Assembly: GCA_951406725.2 (NCBI GenBank)
Contig: OX597817.1
Location: 36,828,001 to 36,892,000, forward strand
DNA from: Octopus vulgaris
Taxonomy: Eukaryota
Reading direction: 5' to 3'
DNA: 64,000 nucleotides
In this document: one piece after another, positions 38,590 to 52,355 of the stretch
Layout: each line of letters starts with the position of its first letter
How positions within the stretch are numbered: position 1 is the stretch's first letter
Notes under the pieces: generated by a model
What the model was told of the DNA's origin: nothing
Database searches by the model: none
The model's input: only the letters and a program-made list of their open reading frames with translations
Program-made: the position numbers and the translations under genes

Positions 38590-39262
38590 TGACTAGGATT
38601 CAAACAATCACAACGGCAAAACAGGGAATGTTTTATCTGCAGTTATCAAGGCCCTAATTTTATCGCATCAGTACTTGACTAATATTTATTGACCCCGAGA
38701 ATAATGAACAGTTGTTGACAATGGAGGGATTTCAAATAAGAAAACTGACACTACTTCATCGTATTTCGTTGCAATTTCAATTCTATCGTTCGTTAGAAGT
38801 AAATGTTACCACCACCACAACTAGTAGCGGTGGTAGTGGGAATGGAAACAATAGAGAGCTGAAGGTGTATAAAGATACGGTTCCCTCGCCCCTAAGCATA
38901 GAAGAAAAAAAATTGTGAAATTCATTCTTAATGTCATGGTATTATCTCCCTTTTATTTCCAGGGTCACCAACAATTACCATCAGGCTTTTAGTTTTTCTT
39001 GTATTTCACCAAGGGGGAAATTTTAGAAATTTCAATTAACTAAGAATTTGTTAGATGTCATTCAGTGTGTTGCTGCTAATTCACATATATACACACATGT
39101 ACGCACACACGTTCACAATACATATGCGCACATGTTGTAAGTATCTATATGAATATATATATATTTGTGTGTGTGTGTGCGCGCGCGTGTATACATTTGT
39201 GGCTTTATGTCTCTGTATGCGCATATACATGTAAATAAATGTATATATATATATAATATATA

Positions 39263-39640
39263 AGCGCAGGAGTGGTTATGTGGTATTTAGCTTGCTCACC
39301 AACCACATAGTTCAGGGTTCAATCCTACTGCGTAGCACCTTGGGCAAGTGTCTTCTACTATAGCCTCAGGCAGACCAAAGCCTTGTGAGTGGATTTGGTA
39401 GACGGAAACTGAAAGAAGCCCGCCCTATGTATATGTTTGTGTGTCGGTGTTTGTCCCCATCCACCATCGCTTGACAGTCGATGCTGGTGTGTTTACGTCC
39501 CTGTAAAATTTGCGGTTCGGCAAAAGAGACCGATAGAATAACTACTAGGCTTACAAAGAACGTGTCCTGGCGTCGATTTGTTCCACTAAAGGCGGTGCTC
39601 CAGCATGGCCGCAGTCAAATGACTGCAACGAATAAAAGAA
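39263..39640 (+). mobile_element. SINE family B copy
   Basis: GCGCAGGAGTGGTTATGTGG head; tail GGCGGTGCTCCAGCATGGCCGCAGTCAAATGACTG runs into the microsatellite. Confidence 0.85.
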
Positions 39641-39715
39641 TATATATATATATATATAATATTGTGTGTATGTATGTATATATATATATATGTATGTATA
39701 TATATATGTATGTAT

Positions 39716-39749
<34 letters not shown>

Positions 39750-39773
39750 GTATATATATATATATGTATGTAT

Positions 39774-39811
<38 letters not shown>

Positions 39812-40159
39812 GTATGTATATATATATATATGTATGTATGTATATATATGTATGTATGTATATATATGTATGTATGTATATGTATGTATGTATATATATA
39901 TTTCTTTACTACCCACAAGGGGCTAAATGTATGTATGTATATATATGTATGTATGTATATATATGTATGTATGTATATATATATATGTATGTATGTATGT
40001 ATATATATGTATGTATGTATATATATATATGTATGTATGTATATATATGTATGTATGTATATATATGTATGTATGTATATATATGTATGTATGTATATAT
40101 ATGTATATATATGTATGTATGTATATGTATGTATGTATATGTATGTATGTATATATATG

Positions 40160-40198
<39 letters not shown>

Positions 40199-40401
40199 GT
40201 ATATATATGTATGTATGTATGTATGTATATATATGTATGTATGTATATGTATGTATGTATGTATATGTATGTATGTATATATATGTATGTATGTATATAT
40301 ATGTATGTATGTATATATATGTATGTATGTATATATATGTATGTATGTATATATATGTATGTATGTATATATATGTATGTATGTATGTATATATATGTAT
40401 G

Positions 40402-40433
<32 letters not shown>

Positions 40434-40516
40434 TGTATGTATGTATGTATATATATGTATGTATGTATGTATATATGTATGTATGTATGTATATATATAT
40501 ATGTATGTATGTATGT

Positions 40517-40550
<34 letters not shown>

Positions 40551-40614
40551 GTATATGTATGTATGTATGTATGTATATGTATGTATGTATGTATGTATAT
40601 GTATGTATGTATGT

Positions 40615-40708
<94 letters not shown>

Positions 40709-40794
40709 GTATATATATATGTATGTATATATATATATATGTATGTATATATATATGTATGTATATATATATGTATGTATATATATATGTATGT

Positions 40795-40856
<62 letters not shown>

Positions 40857-40910
40857 GTATATATATATGTATGTATATATATATGTATGTATATATATAT
40901 ATGTATGTAT
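39641..40910. repeat. Mixed (TA)n/(TATG)n microsatellite
   Basis: Seen directly; ~1270 bp, interrupted at 39901-39927 by a short SINE-A-tail insert. Confidence 0.97.
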
Positions 40911-43840
40911 AAATCCTTAAAGTCCTTAAAAATGTTTTAGCCCGAAGGCCGCGGCCATGCTGGGGCACCACCGCTGAAATGAGCCACACTAGTTTGTGAA
41001 TCCACCTCTGATACGTGGCACTTGATCAACAAGGGAGTTCGATGCTGCTGCCCGCATCCGTGTCTCCTGTCGTGAGGTAGGTTCATCTGGGACTCCCAAC
41101 AAGAAGAGATCCAGTTTAGTTTTAAAGAAACCCACATCCACACCATGTAAGTCTCTCAGGCATTTAGGAGGATGTTGAAAAGCTGTGGTCCTCTGAAACC
41201 CAAGCTGTTGCAGTATCTGGACCTGTATTTTGATGGTGATGTTGGAATCCTTGGCACCACGCAGCGGCGCCCCGTTCTGCGGTTGGAGTAACTTTGAATG
41301 CCAAAGTTTGGGACAAGACCCTCCAGGATTTTCCAGATGTATATTACTGCATATCTCTCCCGCCTCCGCTCCAGGGAGAAGAGGTTTAATACCTTCAGTC
41401 TTTCCCAGTAGCTGACATTTTGCATTGAGACGATTTTCTTTGTGTAGCTTCTCTGAGTTGCTTCGAGTTCTGCTGTTTGTTTTATATTGTGTGGTGACCA
41501 AAGTTGGGAGCAGTAGTCCAAGCGGCTGAGGACAAATGTTTTCCATAGGACCATCAGTGTCTCCTTCTCTCTTGTTCTGAAAGTTCGGAGAATCCATCCA
41601 GCTAGCCGTCTGCATTTTATCACCAGATTAGCAATATGCATTTGGAAAGATGCATCATTGCTCATGTCAATGCCCAGGTCACGCACTGATTTTGACTCAG
41701 GGATTGCAATTCTTCCTGGGCCAGTGTATCCAGTCTTCACGTCATTTACCTTTGTGTGCCAGTAGCGCAGGGCCTGGAACTTACCTGCATTAAACTGCAT
41801 GTTGTTGTCCTCAGCCCACCTGTATATTGTGTCCAGCTCATGTTGCAGATGCGCAATATTTTCAGGGTTCTGTATTGCGTGGGAGACCTTTGTGTCATCT
41901 GCATAGCTAGCAAGGGTGGTCATCGTAGCAACTGAAGGCATGTCTGAAAGGGCCACTATGAACATCAGTGGCCCCAAGACAGTGCCCTGTGGGACACCGC
42001 TTGTTATTTGCGTTTCCCTGGAGGTGGCTCCATTGCTCACAACTGCCTGTTTTCTGTCTTTTAGGAAGTTGTGCAGCCACTCTCCAAGTTTCCCGCCTAT
42101 GCCGAGACCACGCAGTTTGTGACAGATCATACCATGGTCGACTTTATCAAAGGCTTTTGCAAAGTCAAGATATATTACATCCACATTTGAGCCATTTAGT
42201 AGCTGTTTCAACACCCAGTCATAGTGTTGCAGGAGCTGTGTTAGGCAGCCTCTACCTGGTCGAAATCCATGCTGGGTGTCAGACAGTAAGTCATTTTCTT
42301 CAAGGAACATGATTAGTTTCTTACGGACTATTCGTTCCATGACTTTGCTGATGTGTGAGGTCAGAGAGATAGGCCTATAATTTTTAGCATCTGCTCTGCT
42401 ACCTCCCTTATGGATAGGGCATATTACCCCCTCTTTCAGTTTGACTGGGAGCTTACCACTTGCAAGAAAGCTCTGAAAAAGAAGCTGTAGCGGTTTTGCA
42501 AGGGCTCGTTTGCACGATTTGAGAAGGATCGCTGGGAATCCATCAGGTCCAGCAGCTGAGTTTGTGTCAATCTCATCAATGGCTAGTGTGATATCATCTT
42601 CTTCGATGTTGATGTACTCAATTTTTGTCTCTTTGGCCGCTGGTAAAGTGGCAAAGAATTCTTCTGGGTTGTTTACTTGCCTGTGTCCTAGAGGTGTAGT
42701 GAATACACTTTGGAACTGTTCGTTCAGTATTTCACTTATCCTCGTGGGATTTCCTGTGAGAGAGCCATCTTTTTGGAAGAGAGGTCCTATTCTCTGGTGC
42801 ACTGTGGCTGTCTCTTTGGCAAACTTAAAGAAAGCTTTAGGGTTTGATTTTATATTTTCTATTACCCAAGCTTCTTTATCTGCTCTCTCCTTTTCATGGG
42901 ACTGATGTAGACTTTTCTCAGTTTCCATTAGCATTCTTTCGAGCCGAGACTTCTCACCACTTTTGGTGTGCTTGCTCAGGCGGTTTGCAATCCTTGTCCG
43001 TCGTCTCATAAGAATCCTCCTTTCTCTAGGGATCCTGTTTTTATTCTTGTGTGTGCTGGCCCTGCACATTGGGACATATTTGTCACATATGGCTTGTATT
43101 ATGGACATGAAGTGTTTGTGTTTCATGTTTATGTCCGGTGTGGAGAGACATTCAGGCCAATCCTGTTTGAGGATCTCTTTCTCAATCGACTTCCAGTTGG
43201 CTTTATGAAAGTTTAAGTTGGAGAGATGGTGGGTGCTTCGTATAGGCTGTGTGTCTGCGGGGGCTTTTGTTCCATACGTAGACAGCTCTATTATGTTGTG
43301 ATCCGAGATCATTGTCGGCATCACATTAACATTATGGATAATATCCATATTGTTTGTAAAGCAGAGATCCAGTATATTATCTGCCCTTGTTGGTTGCAGA
43401 ACTATTTGCTCCATGAAAGAGGTATTTGTGAGATGGAGCAGGGACTCCACCTGTGCCTGCTGATGGTGTGTCATCCCTGGGAGCATCTGCCCCCCAGGCC
43501 ATTCCACATTGGGGAGGTTAAAGTCACCCATGAAGAATACACTGTTGTGCTGTTCAAGGTTGGTGAGGACTTCTCCTATTTTTGTTAGGCAGTCTTCAAA
43601 CATGCCTGAGTGTTTTGGGGCGTCTGGTGGGCGATATGTAGTGCATATGACGATATTCAGTTGTCTTATGTGTACAATTTGAGTTTCACATACTGAGTTT
43701 GAATATGACAGCAGGACCTGGGGCGTGAGGTCATCTCGGATGTACATTGCAACTCCACCATGGCTCCTCCCTTTTCTATCTGTGCGTATGACTGCATATT
43801 GCGGCATGTGTATTTCTGCATCACCTATATCGGGTTCAAG
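40911..43840 (-). mobile_element. 5'-truncated CR1-group LINE (LINE B)
   Basis: ORF2 from 43840 to stop at 40989, 3' UTR hairpins, tandem tail TTTAAGGAC-TTTAAGGATTT ending at 40911; flanked by microsatellite both sides. Confidence 0.92.
40989..43840 (-). CDS. LINE ORF2: AP endonuclease (nearly complete) + reverse transcriptase; one frameshift near C-terminus
   Basis: APE: [40 protein letters not shown]; RT: [37 protein letters not shown]; frameshift at ~41165 restores PKCLRDLHG...[12 protein letters not shown]...SNSLVDQ, homologous to LINE A C-terminus. ORF-track part 43841-45115 is microsatellite. Confidence 0.92.
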
Positions 43841-44389
43841 ATATATGTATGTATATATATGTATGTATGTATGTATATATATGTATGTATGTATGTATAT
43901 ATATGTATGTATGTATGTATATATATGTATGTATGTATATATATGTATGTATGTATATATATATGTATGTATGTATATATATATGTATGTATATATATAT
44001 GTATGTATATATATATATGTATGTATATATATATATGTATGTATATATATATATATGTATGTATATATATATATATGTATGTATATATATATATATATGT
44101 ATGTATATATATATATATGTATGTATATATATATATGTATGTATATATATATATATGTATGTATATATATATATGTATGTATATATATATATGTATGTAT
44201 ATATATATATATGTATGTATATATATATATGTATGTATATATATATATATGTATGTATATATATATATGTATGTATATATATATATATGTATGTATATAT
44301 ATATATGTATGTATATATATATATATGTATGTATATATATATATGTATGTATATATATATGTATGTATATATATATATATGTATGTATG

Positions 44390-44422
<33 letters not shown>

Positions 44423-44929
44423 GTATGTATGTATATATATATGTATGTATGTATATATATATATGTATGTATGTATATATATATGTATGTATGTATATAT
44501 ATATATGTATGTATATATGTATGTATATATGTATGTATATATATATATATATATGTATGTATATATATATATATATATGTATGTATATATATATATATAT
44601 GTATGTATATATATGTATATATATGTATATATATGTATATATATGTATATATATGTATATATATGTATGTATATATATATATGTATGTATATATATATGT
44701 ATGTATATATATATATATGTATGTATATATATATATATATATGTATGTATATATATATATATGTATGTGTATATATGTATGTGTATGTATATATATATAT
44801 ATGTATGTATATATATATATATGTATGTGTATATATATATATGTATGTGTATATATATATATATGTATGTATATATATATATATGTATGTATATATATAT
44901 ACATATGTATATATATATATATATGTATG

Positions 44930-44984
<55 letters not shown>

Positions 44985-45125
44985 GTATATATAAATATAT
45001 ATATATATATATATGTATGTATATATATACATATATGTGTATGTATGCATATCATTGTGTGTGTGTGTGTATGTATGCATATCATTGTGTGTGTGTGTGT
45101 ATGTATGCATATCATTGTGTGTATG
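43841..45125. repeat. Mixed (TA)n/(TATG)n microsatellite ending in a ~30-bp tandem repeat
   Basis: Seen directly; ~1285 bp; GTATGTATGCATATCATTGTGTGTGT x3 at 45038-45125. Confidence 0.97.
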
Positions 45126-47179
45126 TGGTAGAAAGATAGAGGTGAATATCGAGATAGTTATTTATATCAATATATAGATAGCGGTCTTGATTGATTGATT
45201 AATGTACAAAATGTGTAAGTGTCTACGAGTGCAAGCGCGTGCGTGCATGCAAAGGCAGATGGTAATATGTGAATTCCTCAATATATCTGTGTGCGTGCGT
45301 GCTTGCGTGCATGCGTGTGTGTTCTCGATTACGTAAATGCATGTGCAACACACCTGTGCATAGCAGCAACAAATACGCAGCACGCGTTTATTCCTCTTCT
45401 CCCGACATTCACAGTTTTAGACCGCGTGCGCGACTGAACACGCGCGATGTGAAAGTATAGAAGAGAAAGGGGGAGAGGGCAGGGTTGGCGGGCGGCGTCG
45501 TAGCGAGATGGTGGTGAAGAGCGGGGCTGTTGTTGTTATGAGGAAGTTAGTTGCTGCTGATGATAAACGCGGAAAACATGCAACTGTAATGTATTATTAT
45601 AGAGAAAGCAAGTTAGCAGCTATGGTCTACACACGACCGATTCCTCGGTCCGGTGTCAATACGACCGTTGGTAAGAGCGAACCTCGGGAAGTAGAGGATG
45701 GAGTGTTATTAATGAAAGCTATGCTGTTGCTGTTTAGCCACAGGCTACGCTTGAGTGAGTAAATATCTATGATCAGAAATATACCAGCGCTGACTTACAC
45801 TGCCACGCCTACTTTGCCTTTATACTAAAACAAAAATTTTAAGGTATTAATGCATCTGGAGACACATCATCTTTGTCTTTCGTTTTGAGATGTTTTGATG
45901 TGATTAGAGGGAGATTTCGGTGCTATTTCTAGCCGATCCAGTAACCGTTGCAGGCTTCCACAATACTGCAGGCCTTGTTTAGTCCCAGATCAAGTCACAT
46001 TAAGCAGACCTGTGATCAAAGCAGTCCAGCCGTAGCCCTCTACCTAACCACATTTCTTTCTTTATAGAAAAATTATGTTTGTTAATATTTATTCCCAACC
46101 TCGGAATTGTAATGGTGTGGGTTGAGGGCGATTTGCCTACTATAACTAACAGGAGGTCGATCGTGCAAAAAAAAAAACAAAAAAAAAAAAACGAAAAGGT
46201 TTCAGTTGGTGATGTTTATATAAGCAGGTTGAAGAATAGAAAGAGGTAGTGGGAAGAATAAGAGCAAACAACAAGAGAAAGGAGGTGAGGAGTGAACTCC
46301 ATGTATTGTGGCAGTCTGAGTGTGTATGTTTTGTGTGTATGGGTTTGAATCTTTTTTTTTTTTTTATAAAGAATGTATTTGCTCACACACACAAGTACAT
46401 ACATACACTCAGCACCACCACCCCCCAACTACTTCTCTCATTCTCGTCCTCGTAATTTCTTTCCTTTTCCTCCCTCCCTCTCTCTCTCTTTCTCTGTCTG
46501 TCTGTCTGTCTCTCCGTTTCTATCTCATTGCCTCTTACTATTTCTCCGCTTTCTCTTTCTCATTTAATCTTCCTGCTGCTTTGAATATATACATGATGTA
46601 AAGAGAAGAAAAGACAGAAAGAAAGGTTGAACAGGGAAAGAAAACTGTAAATAAAGACAAGGGAAGCTGGGAGTGCACCATGGTTACACAAGCATGCACA
46701 CATAAATGCATAAATGTACGCGTGCGTGTGTGTGTGCCTGCCTTTATTTCGTTGCATATTATATATGAAATATATGCCTTATCGTAGAATATATTACAAA
46801 AATGTAAATAAAAAATATATTTGTACATAACTGTGTGTATGTTTGAGTTATATAAACGAATATATACGTACATGTAAATATATGTATGCACACACACACA
46901 CACACACACGCATGTATATAATATTATATACATCTACATGATATAGACAAGCATAGATATGAGTATACATGTGTAAAGATAAAACTTGTGAAGATTTGAA
47001 ACTTAATGCAAAAGTACCCAACACCTAGAGTATTATTATTAATTAATTAACACTAAGATTATATAACGCCGTTACTCCAAGGTACGCGTTACCGCTTTTC
47101 AATACGACTGAAGTAAATTTGCATTAAAAAGCGGTAATGCGTAACTCATAACAACGGGGGTGTAGATATGTGTTGATTG

Positions 47180-47480
47180 TTGCTCGTTCAGTCATTAGAC
47201 TGTGGCCATGCTGGGGTACCGCTTCCAAAAATGTTAGGCAAATGAACCAGCCCCAATACTTATTTTTTAAAGCCTGGTATATGCTTACCGGGATTTCGTC
47301 TGCCGTTACGTTGTGAGTTCAAATTCCGCCGAGGTCGACGACTTTACCTTTCATCCTTTCGGGGTCGATAAATCAAGTACCAGTTACGCACTGGGGTCGA
47401 TGTAATCGACTTAATACCTATGTCTGTCCTTGTTTGTCCCCTCTATGTTTAGTCCCTTGTAGGAAATAAAGAAATAGGTA
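47180..47480. mobile_element. SINE B tail (-, 47180-47280) abutting SINE A copy (+, 47280-47480)
   Basis: TTCAGTCATTAGACTGTGGCCATGCTGGGGTACCGC (B tail, minus); GAGTTCAAATTCCGCCGAGGTCGAC...CCCTTGTAGGAAATAAAGAAATAGG (A). Confidence 0.75.
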
Positions 47481-48066
47481 TTTATTGTATCGGTTTCCTT
47501 TGTTGAACCCCAAGTTTAAGGGAACATAATGCATACATACATACATGCATACATACATACATACATGCATGCATAATGCTGGAGAGAGACGGAGAGAGCG
47601 GAAAATAGACAGACTGACACAGTTGGATGGATAGATAGATAAATGAACGTATGGATTTATATGAGAGTGGGGAAGAAGAACAGAAGAAGATAGCACTAAG
47701 TTCAAGAAAGAAACGTTAAGGTTAGATTCATTTGGTGAGCTGGAACAGACGAAAGGAAATGTGGGAACGAAAGGGAGAAGAGAAGTAGAGAGGGTACAAA
47801 ACCAATACTAACTGGGCAAGCATTACCACCACCACCACCACCAACAACACACACACACATACTTAAAAGAACAAACGTGCGCACACATAAAATAAATATA
47901 TATACACACACACACGTACAGAGAGAGAGAGAGAGAGAGACGTGAAATAACAAAAAGAACCCCGAAAGGGACTCTCTTGTTCACCTTGAAACCCCCATAA
48001 AACAAAACCGACACAAAAATAAATATAACACATTTAATTAAAAAGAATTTTTTTTTAAACTTGCAT

Positions 48067-48109
<43 letters not shown>

Positions 48110-48114
<5 letters not shown>

Positions 48115-48901
48115 CACGCACGCGCGCGCACAAAGCTACTTCGCACACGCATACGCATACGCACGCACGCACGCATCCGCGCACAGAAAAGAGAAAGACG
48201 TACATAAGAAAACGTTTATACTGTCAGTCGCTTTTAGTTTGTCGGCGTTGTATGGATTTACGCAGGCTCTCCTCACCACAAGGCTGCTATACGAGAAAGT
48301 GACACCCACAACAAACACAACCAACTCCGACGACCGAGGGATTTACTACTACTATTACTACTACCACTACTATTACTACTACTACTACTACTTCTCGTAG
48401 TAATATTAGTATTTTCACTATTGCTACGGCAGCTCAGCTCAGCTGTTGTTATTAATTATTATTATTAGTATCGCTATTGGAATTGTTATTGTTTTTGTTA
48501 TTATTATTATTATTATTATTGTTATTATTATTATTATTAATATTACAAAATATTACTATTATTATTATTAGTTTTATTATTTATTATTAGTGTCATCGTT
48601 TAGCTGCAGGTTTTCATAAACATACCGTATTCACACGTGCGCGTGCATACACAGACAAGCGCGCGCATACATACATTATATACATATATATTTTTCTCAT
48701 ATATATATATATATATGTATATATATTGTATCAGTCATCAAAGAATACAATAAAATCGTAAATTTTTACGCGTTTGCACGCACCGACACACGCATACACA
48801 CACACACACACACACTCATACACGAACAAATAACAAAAATAAAAATTATTTTAGAATACCTTTTTATTGTAAAATAAACTCTATACATACATATATATAA
48901 G

Positions 48902-48960
<59 letters not shown>

Positions 48961-49582
48961 AAGAGAGGGAGAACGAAAGCCAGAAAGAGTGAGAGAGAGA
49001 GAGAAAGAGAAACACGCATACACGCGCACATTTCATCTTCGGTTAAATTTACAGTTTACAATATATTTCATATATAATACGTTTACATAAATAAAGAAAA
49101 AAAAAAATAAACGTATTATATATATATATATATATATTTGCTAATAAATATACACAACATATTACAGAAGTTTAGTGTCTCACACGCGCACATCTATATA
49201 TAGATCCATCTACCCATCCATCCATCCGTACATCCATCCAGCCATCCATACATACATACATGAAGACATACAAACGTATATACATACGCGCCTCCAAAAC
49301 ACACGAACAAATTTGGGTCTTAAAAAGACGCGATAAAATAAAACAGCGGAAAGTTACACGTTTATCGAAGAAAACAAATAATATTTTTGATAACATCGAT
49401 TAAATAAATAATAGCAGAGGAAAAAAAAAGAATCTTTTTTTAAAAATCGGAAATTAGTGATGATAATAATAATAGTATATTAATAGAGATAATAATAATA
49501 GCAAAAATAAGTTAGTGATACATTATTAAACTAAAACGAACGGAACTTACAGGTGGACGGATCTACTTCTAGAAACGTAAGT
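48110..49582 (+). promoter_or_regulatory. Possible promoter and non-coding first exon
   Basis: Local CpG enrichment (48110-48340), initiator-like TCAGTC at ~48224, no SINEs across ~47.5-50.3 kb, unique sequence ending in AAC|GTAAGT donor at 49577. No coding evidence. Confidence 0.3.
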
Positions 49583-49625
49583 ATTCTTTAAAAAGTTTTT
49601 GATATTAATGTGTGTGTGCGCTTTC

Positions 49626-49674
<49 letters not shown>

Positions 49675-49882
49675 TATATGGATATTATGTTATATGGCCA
49701 TAGGCATAGATGGATTGATCAATAGGTGAATAGATGTATTCTGTATAATATATGCACTGAGACGGGCATAAGTTTATGTATATATGCATGTATATTTGAG
49801 TCTGTATATACATACAAATTGCTTTTTGTGTATGTGTGTCTGAGTACGTGTACATAAATGTATTTTTATAAGAATGTGTGTT

Positions 49883-49934
<52 letters not shown>

Positions 49935-50090
49935 CGCACATGCGTGTATAGGAGTTGTGAGCGTCTGCGATCAGGCATGTACACGCGTTTGTGACATTGC
50001 GTATACGCATAAATACGAAAGAATAGTTGTTTGGTTAGTCTGAAGTGCATCCCTGCGGCACATAAAGCAATGCATATATGCATGCATCAG

Positions 50091-50127
<37 letters not shown>

Positions 50128-51374
50128 CTATGTTTGTGTATCTTCATTATTCATACATGCATCTATACGAATATACACTTCGACAAATATACACATAAAC
50201 CACTCACATATTTATATAGCCTGTGCATTCATCGTTTATAATTGTTTTGTTTTGCTTAGCCAGTATCTGGGATATAGAAGTTATTGTTCTATACTTTTGA
50301 TGATTGTTGTTACTAATAGTGTCATCGTTACTCCAAGTCATATCGCACTGAACAAACCTATAATCAGAGTCCTTCCACCCATGGCCATCTCGCCCTTCAC
50401 TCTTGGTACTGTGCATCTCTGATGAATTATCGACTGTGTCCTTGTTTAACATGATAGGGTATTGTAATTCGAGGGAGATTTCGTTACCATTTCTATCAAG
50501 TTAAACATCCTGGTGACCCCTTTCCTTATATTCTTATTGTTATTGTCTTTCTTGTTGCTGCTTAGCTCCCAAATTAGCTCTCATTTTTTTCACTTAAATC
50601 TAAGATATTCCAGTTATGACCATTCCAACTTTTTAAGAGTCTCTACAGCTACATTATATAACGCGTCCTTATTTATTTATTTATAACGGTACAGTGTTTT
50701 GTCGGAATTTAGTTGCTATTTCTACCAGGTCAAGCGATCCACCGTCGGATTGTTATTTCTTTGCTGTTGTTGAGAACGGCAGATATCACAGTCGCCTAAG
50801 TATCTTGGTGGTATTTCATTACGGCGTCTTACAACGTAAGTTCAAATCCCGCTGCTGTTCAATTCGCTTTAGAAGTCCATAAAAGGAAAATAATAATCAA
50901 CTACGAAGATCGATATAATCGATTTCAACCTTCTTCCCAAATTTTGTGGTCTCGTTACTATCCTAAATATTGTTTAGGCCCAGGCCAGTCCTAATCGAGC
51001 ACACTTACTAGTCAAAGCTCTCTCGCCTCGACACTCTCGTTTCATATCTATTAATCGAGTATATTACTTTATCTAAGACTAGATCATTTAGTGTCTGTGA
51101 GAATAACTAAAGGGTGCACTCTAAGGAATTTAGTTGTTATTTCTGGCGGGTTGATCGGCAGCTTTATGATTAACCCGTTAATGCTGTTGAAAACTCTTGG
51201 CAGAGTATGCTGATATATTGTTTTGGACGTCCCTTCGAATCCAGCTGAGGCTCGAGTTCATCTGAGGGTTAATAAAATGTAACAGTCAAGTGTTGGGACT
51301 CAAGCTAATCAACTATTACTATCCCGTCCAATTCGAGAACGGATTCTGTTCGTTATTATTGTTGATGTTGACGT

Positions 51375-52355
51375 TAAATTAAGTACCTATCACGCACTGG
51401 GGTCAATGTAATTGACTGGTCTCCACCCCTAAATTTTCAGGCCTTCTTCTTATAACAGAAAGGATTATTAATATTATTATTAAGGTGGCGAGCTGGCAGA
51501 ATTGTTAGCATGCATTTCATCCCTCTCAACGTTCTGAGTTCAAATTCCACCGAAGTCGATTTAGCCTTTCATCCTTTCGGGGGTGGATAAAATAAGTAGT
51601 AGTTGAGTACTGGGGTAGATCTAATCGACTAGCCCCACCCCACACCAAATTCCAGACCCTGTACCTGTAGTAGAAAGGAGTTTTGAAACCATTATTATTA
51701 TTATCATTGTTATTATTATTAAGGCGGCGAGCTGGCAGAATCGTTAGCACGCCGGGCAAACTCGTTAACGGCGTTTCGTCGGTCTTTACGTTCTGAGTTC
51801 AAATTCCGCCGAAGTCGACTTTGCCTTTCATCGTTTCGGGGTCGATAAAATAAGTTACAGTTGAGGACTGGGTTCAGAGTAATCGAGTTTCCCCTGACCC
51901 CGAAATTGCTGTCTTTGTGCCCAAATTTGAAATCATTATTATTATTACAGTTATTATTATTGATATTGTTTTACGTTCTGAGTTCAAATACTGTCCAAAT
52001 GGACTTTGCATTTCATCTTCTCGGGACCGTTAAAAAACTACCAGTTGAGCACTGGGGTTGATGTAATCGACATACCCCAATGACAAAATTGCTGGCATTG
52101 TGCCAAAACAAAAAAGGATTATCATTTTGATATTACTGATAAAACGCAACGGGAGAGGTTATAGAATCACAAAAGCCTCAGATAGACAAAAATATCTTGT
52201 GGTACCTGATTATCTCCTCGTTCTGAGTTCAAATCCTGTACAAGATAGAATCTATCTTTAATCATTTATAAATCGATAAATTAAAGCAACAGTTCAAATC
52301 CTGTATCGATTTAATTGATTACATGCGTGGCCTTGTGCTTATGTCAGAAACCGTT
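51375..52355 (+). mobile_element. Head-to-tail cluster of SINE family A copies separated by (ATT)n
   Basis: Units at ~51375-51470, 51482-51690, 51721-51935, 51970-52110, 52220-52355, each with GTTCTGAGTTCAAAT and/or CTGGGGT.GAT.TAATCGA. Confidence 0.8.

Noticed and set aside
39481-40989. 400-480 aa MYV/IYT-rich ORFs
   Set aside because: Microsatellite artefacts.
43841-45139. N-terminal 420 aa of the 1319-aa ORF and overlapping plus-strand ORFs
   Set aside because: Microsatellite artefacts; real LINE sequence starts at 43840.
45508-45762. 84-aa ORF MVVKSGAVVV...
   Set aside because: No recognisable domain; length within chance expectation for a locally GC-richer stretch.
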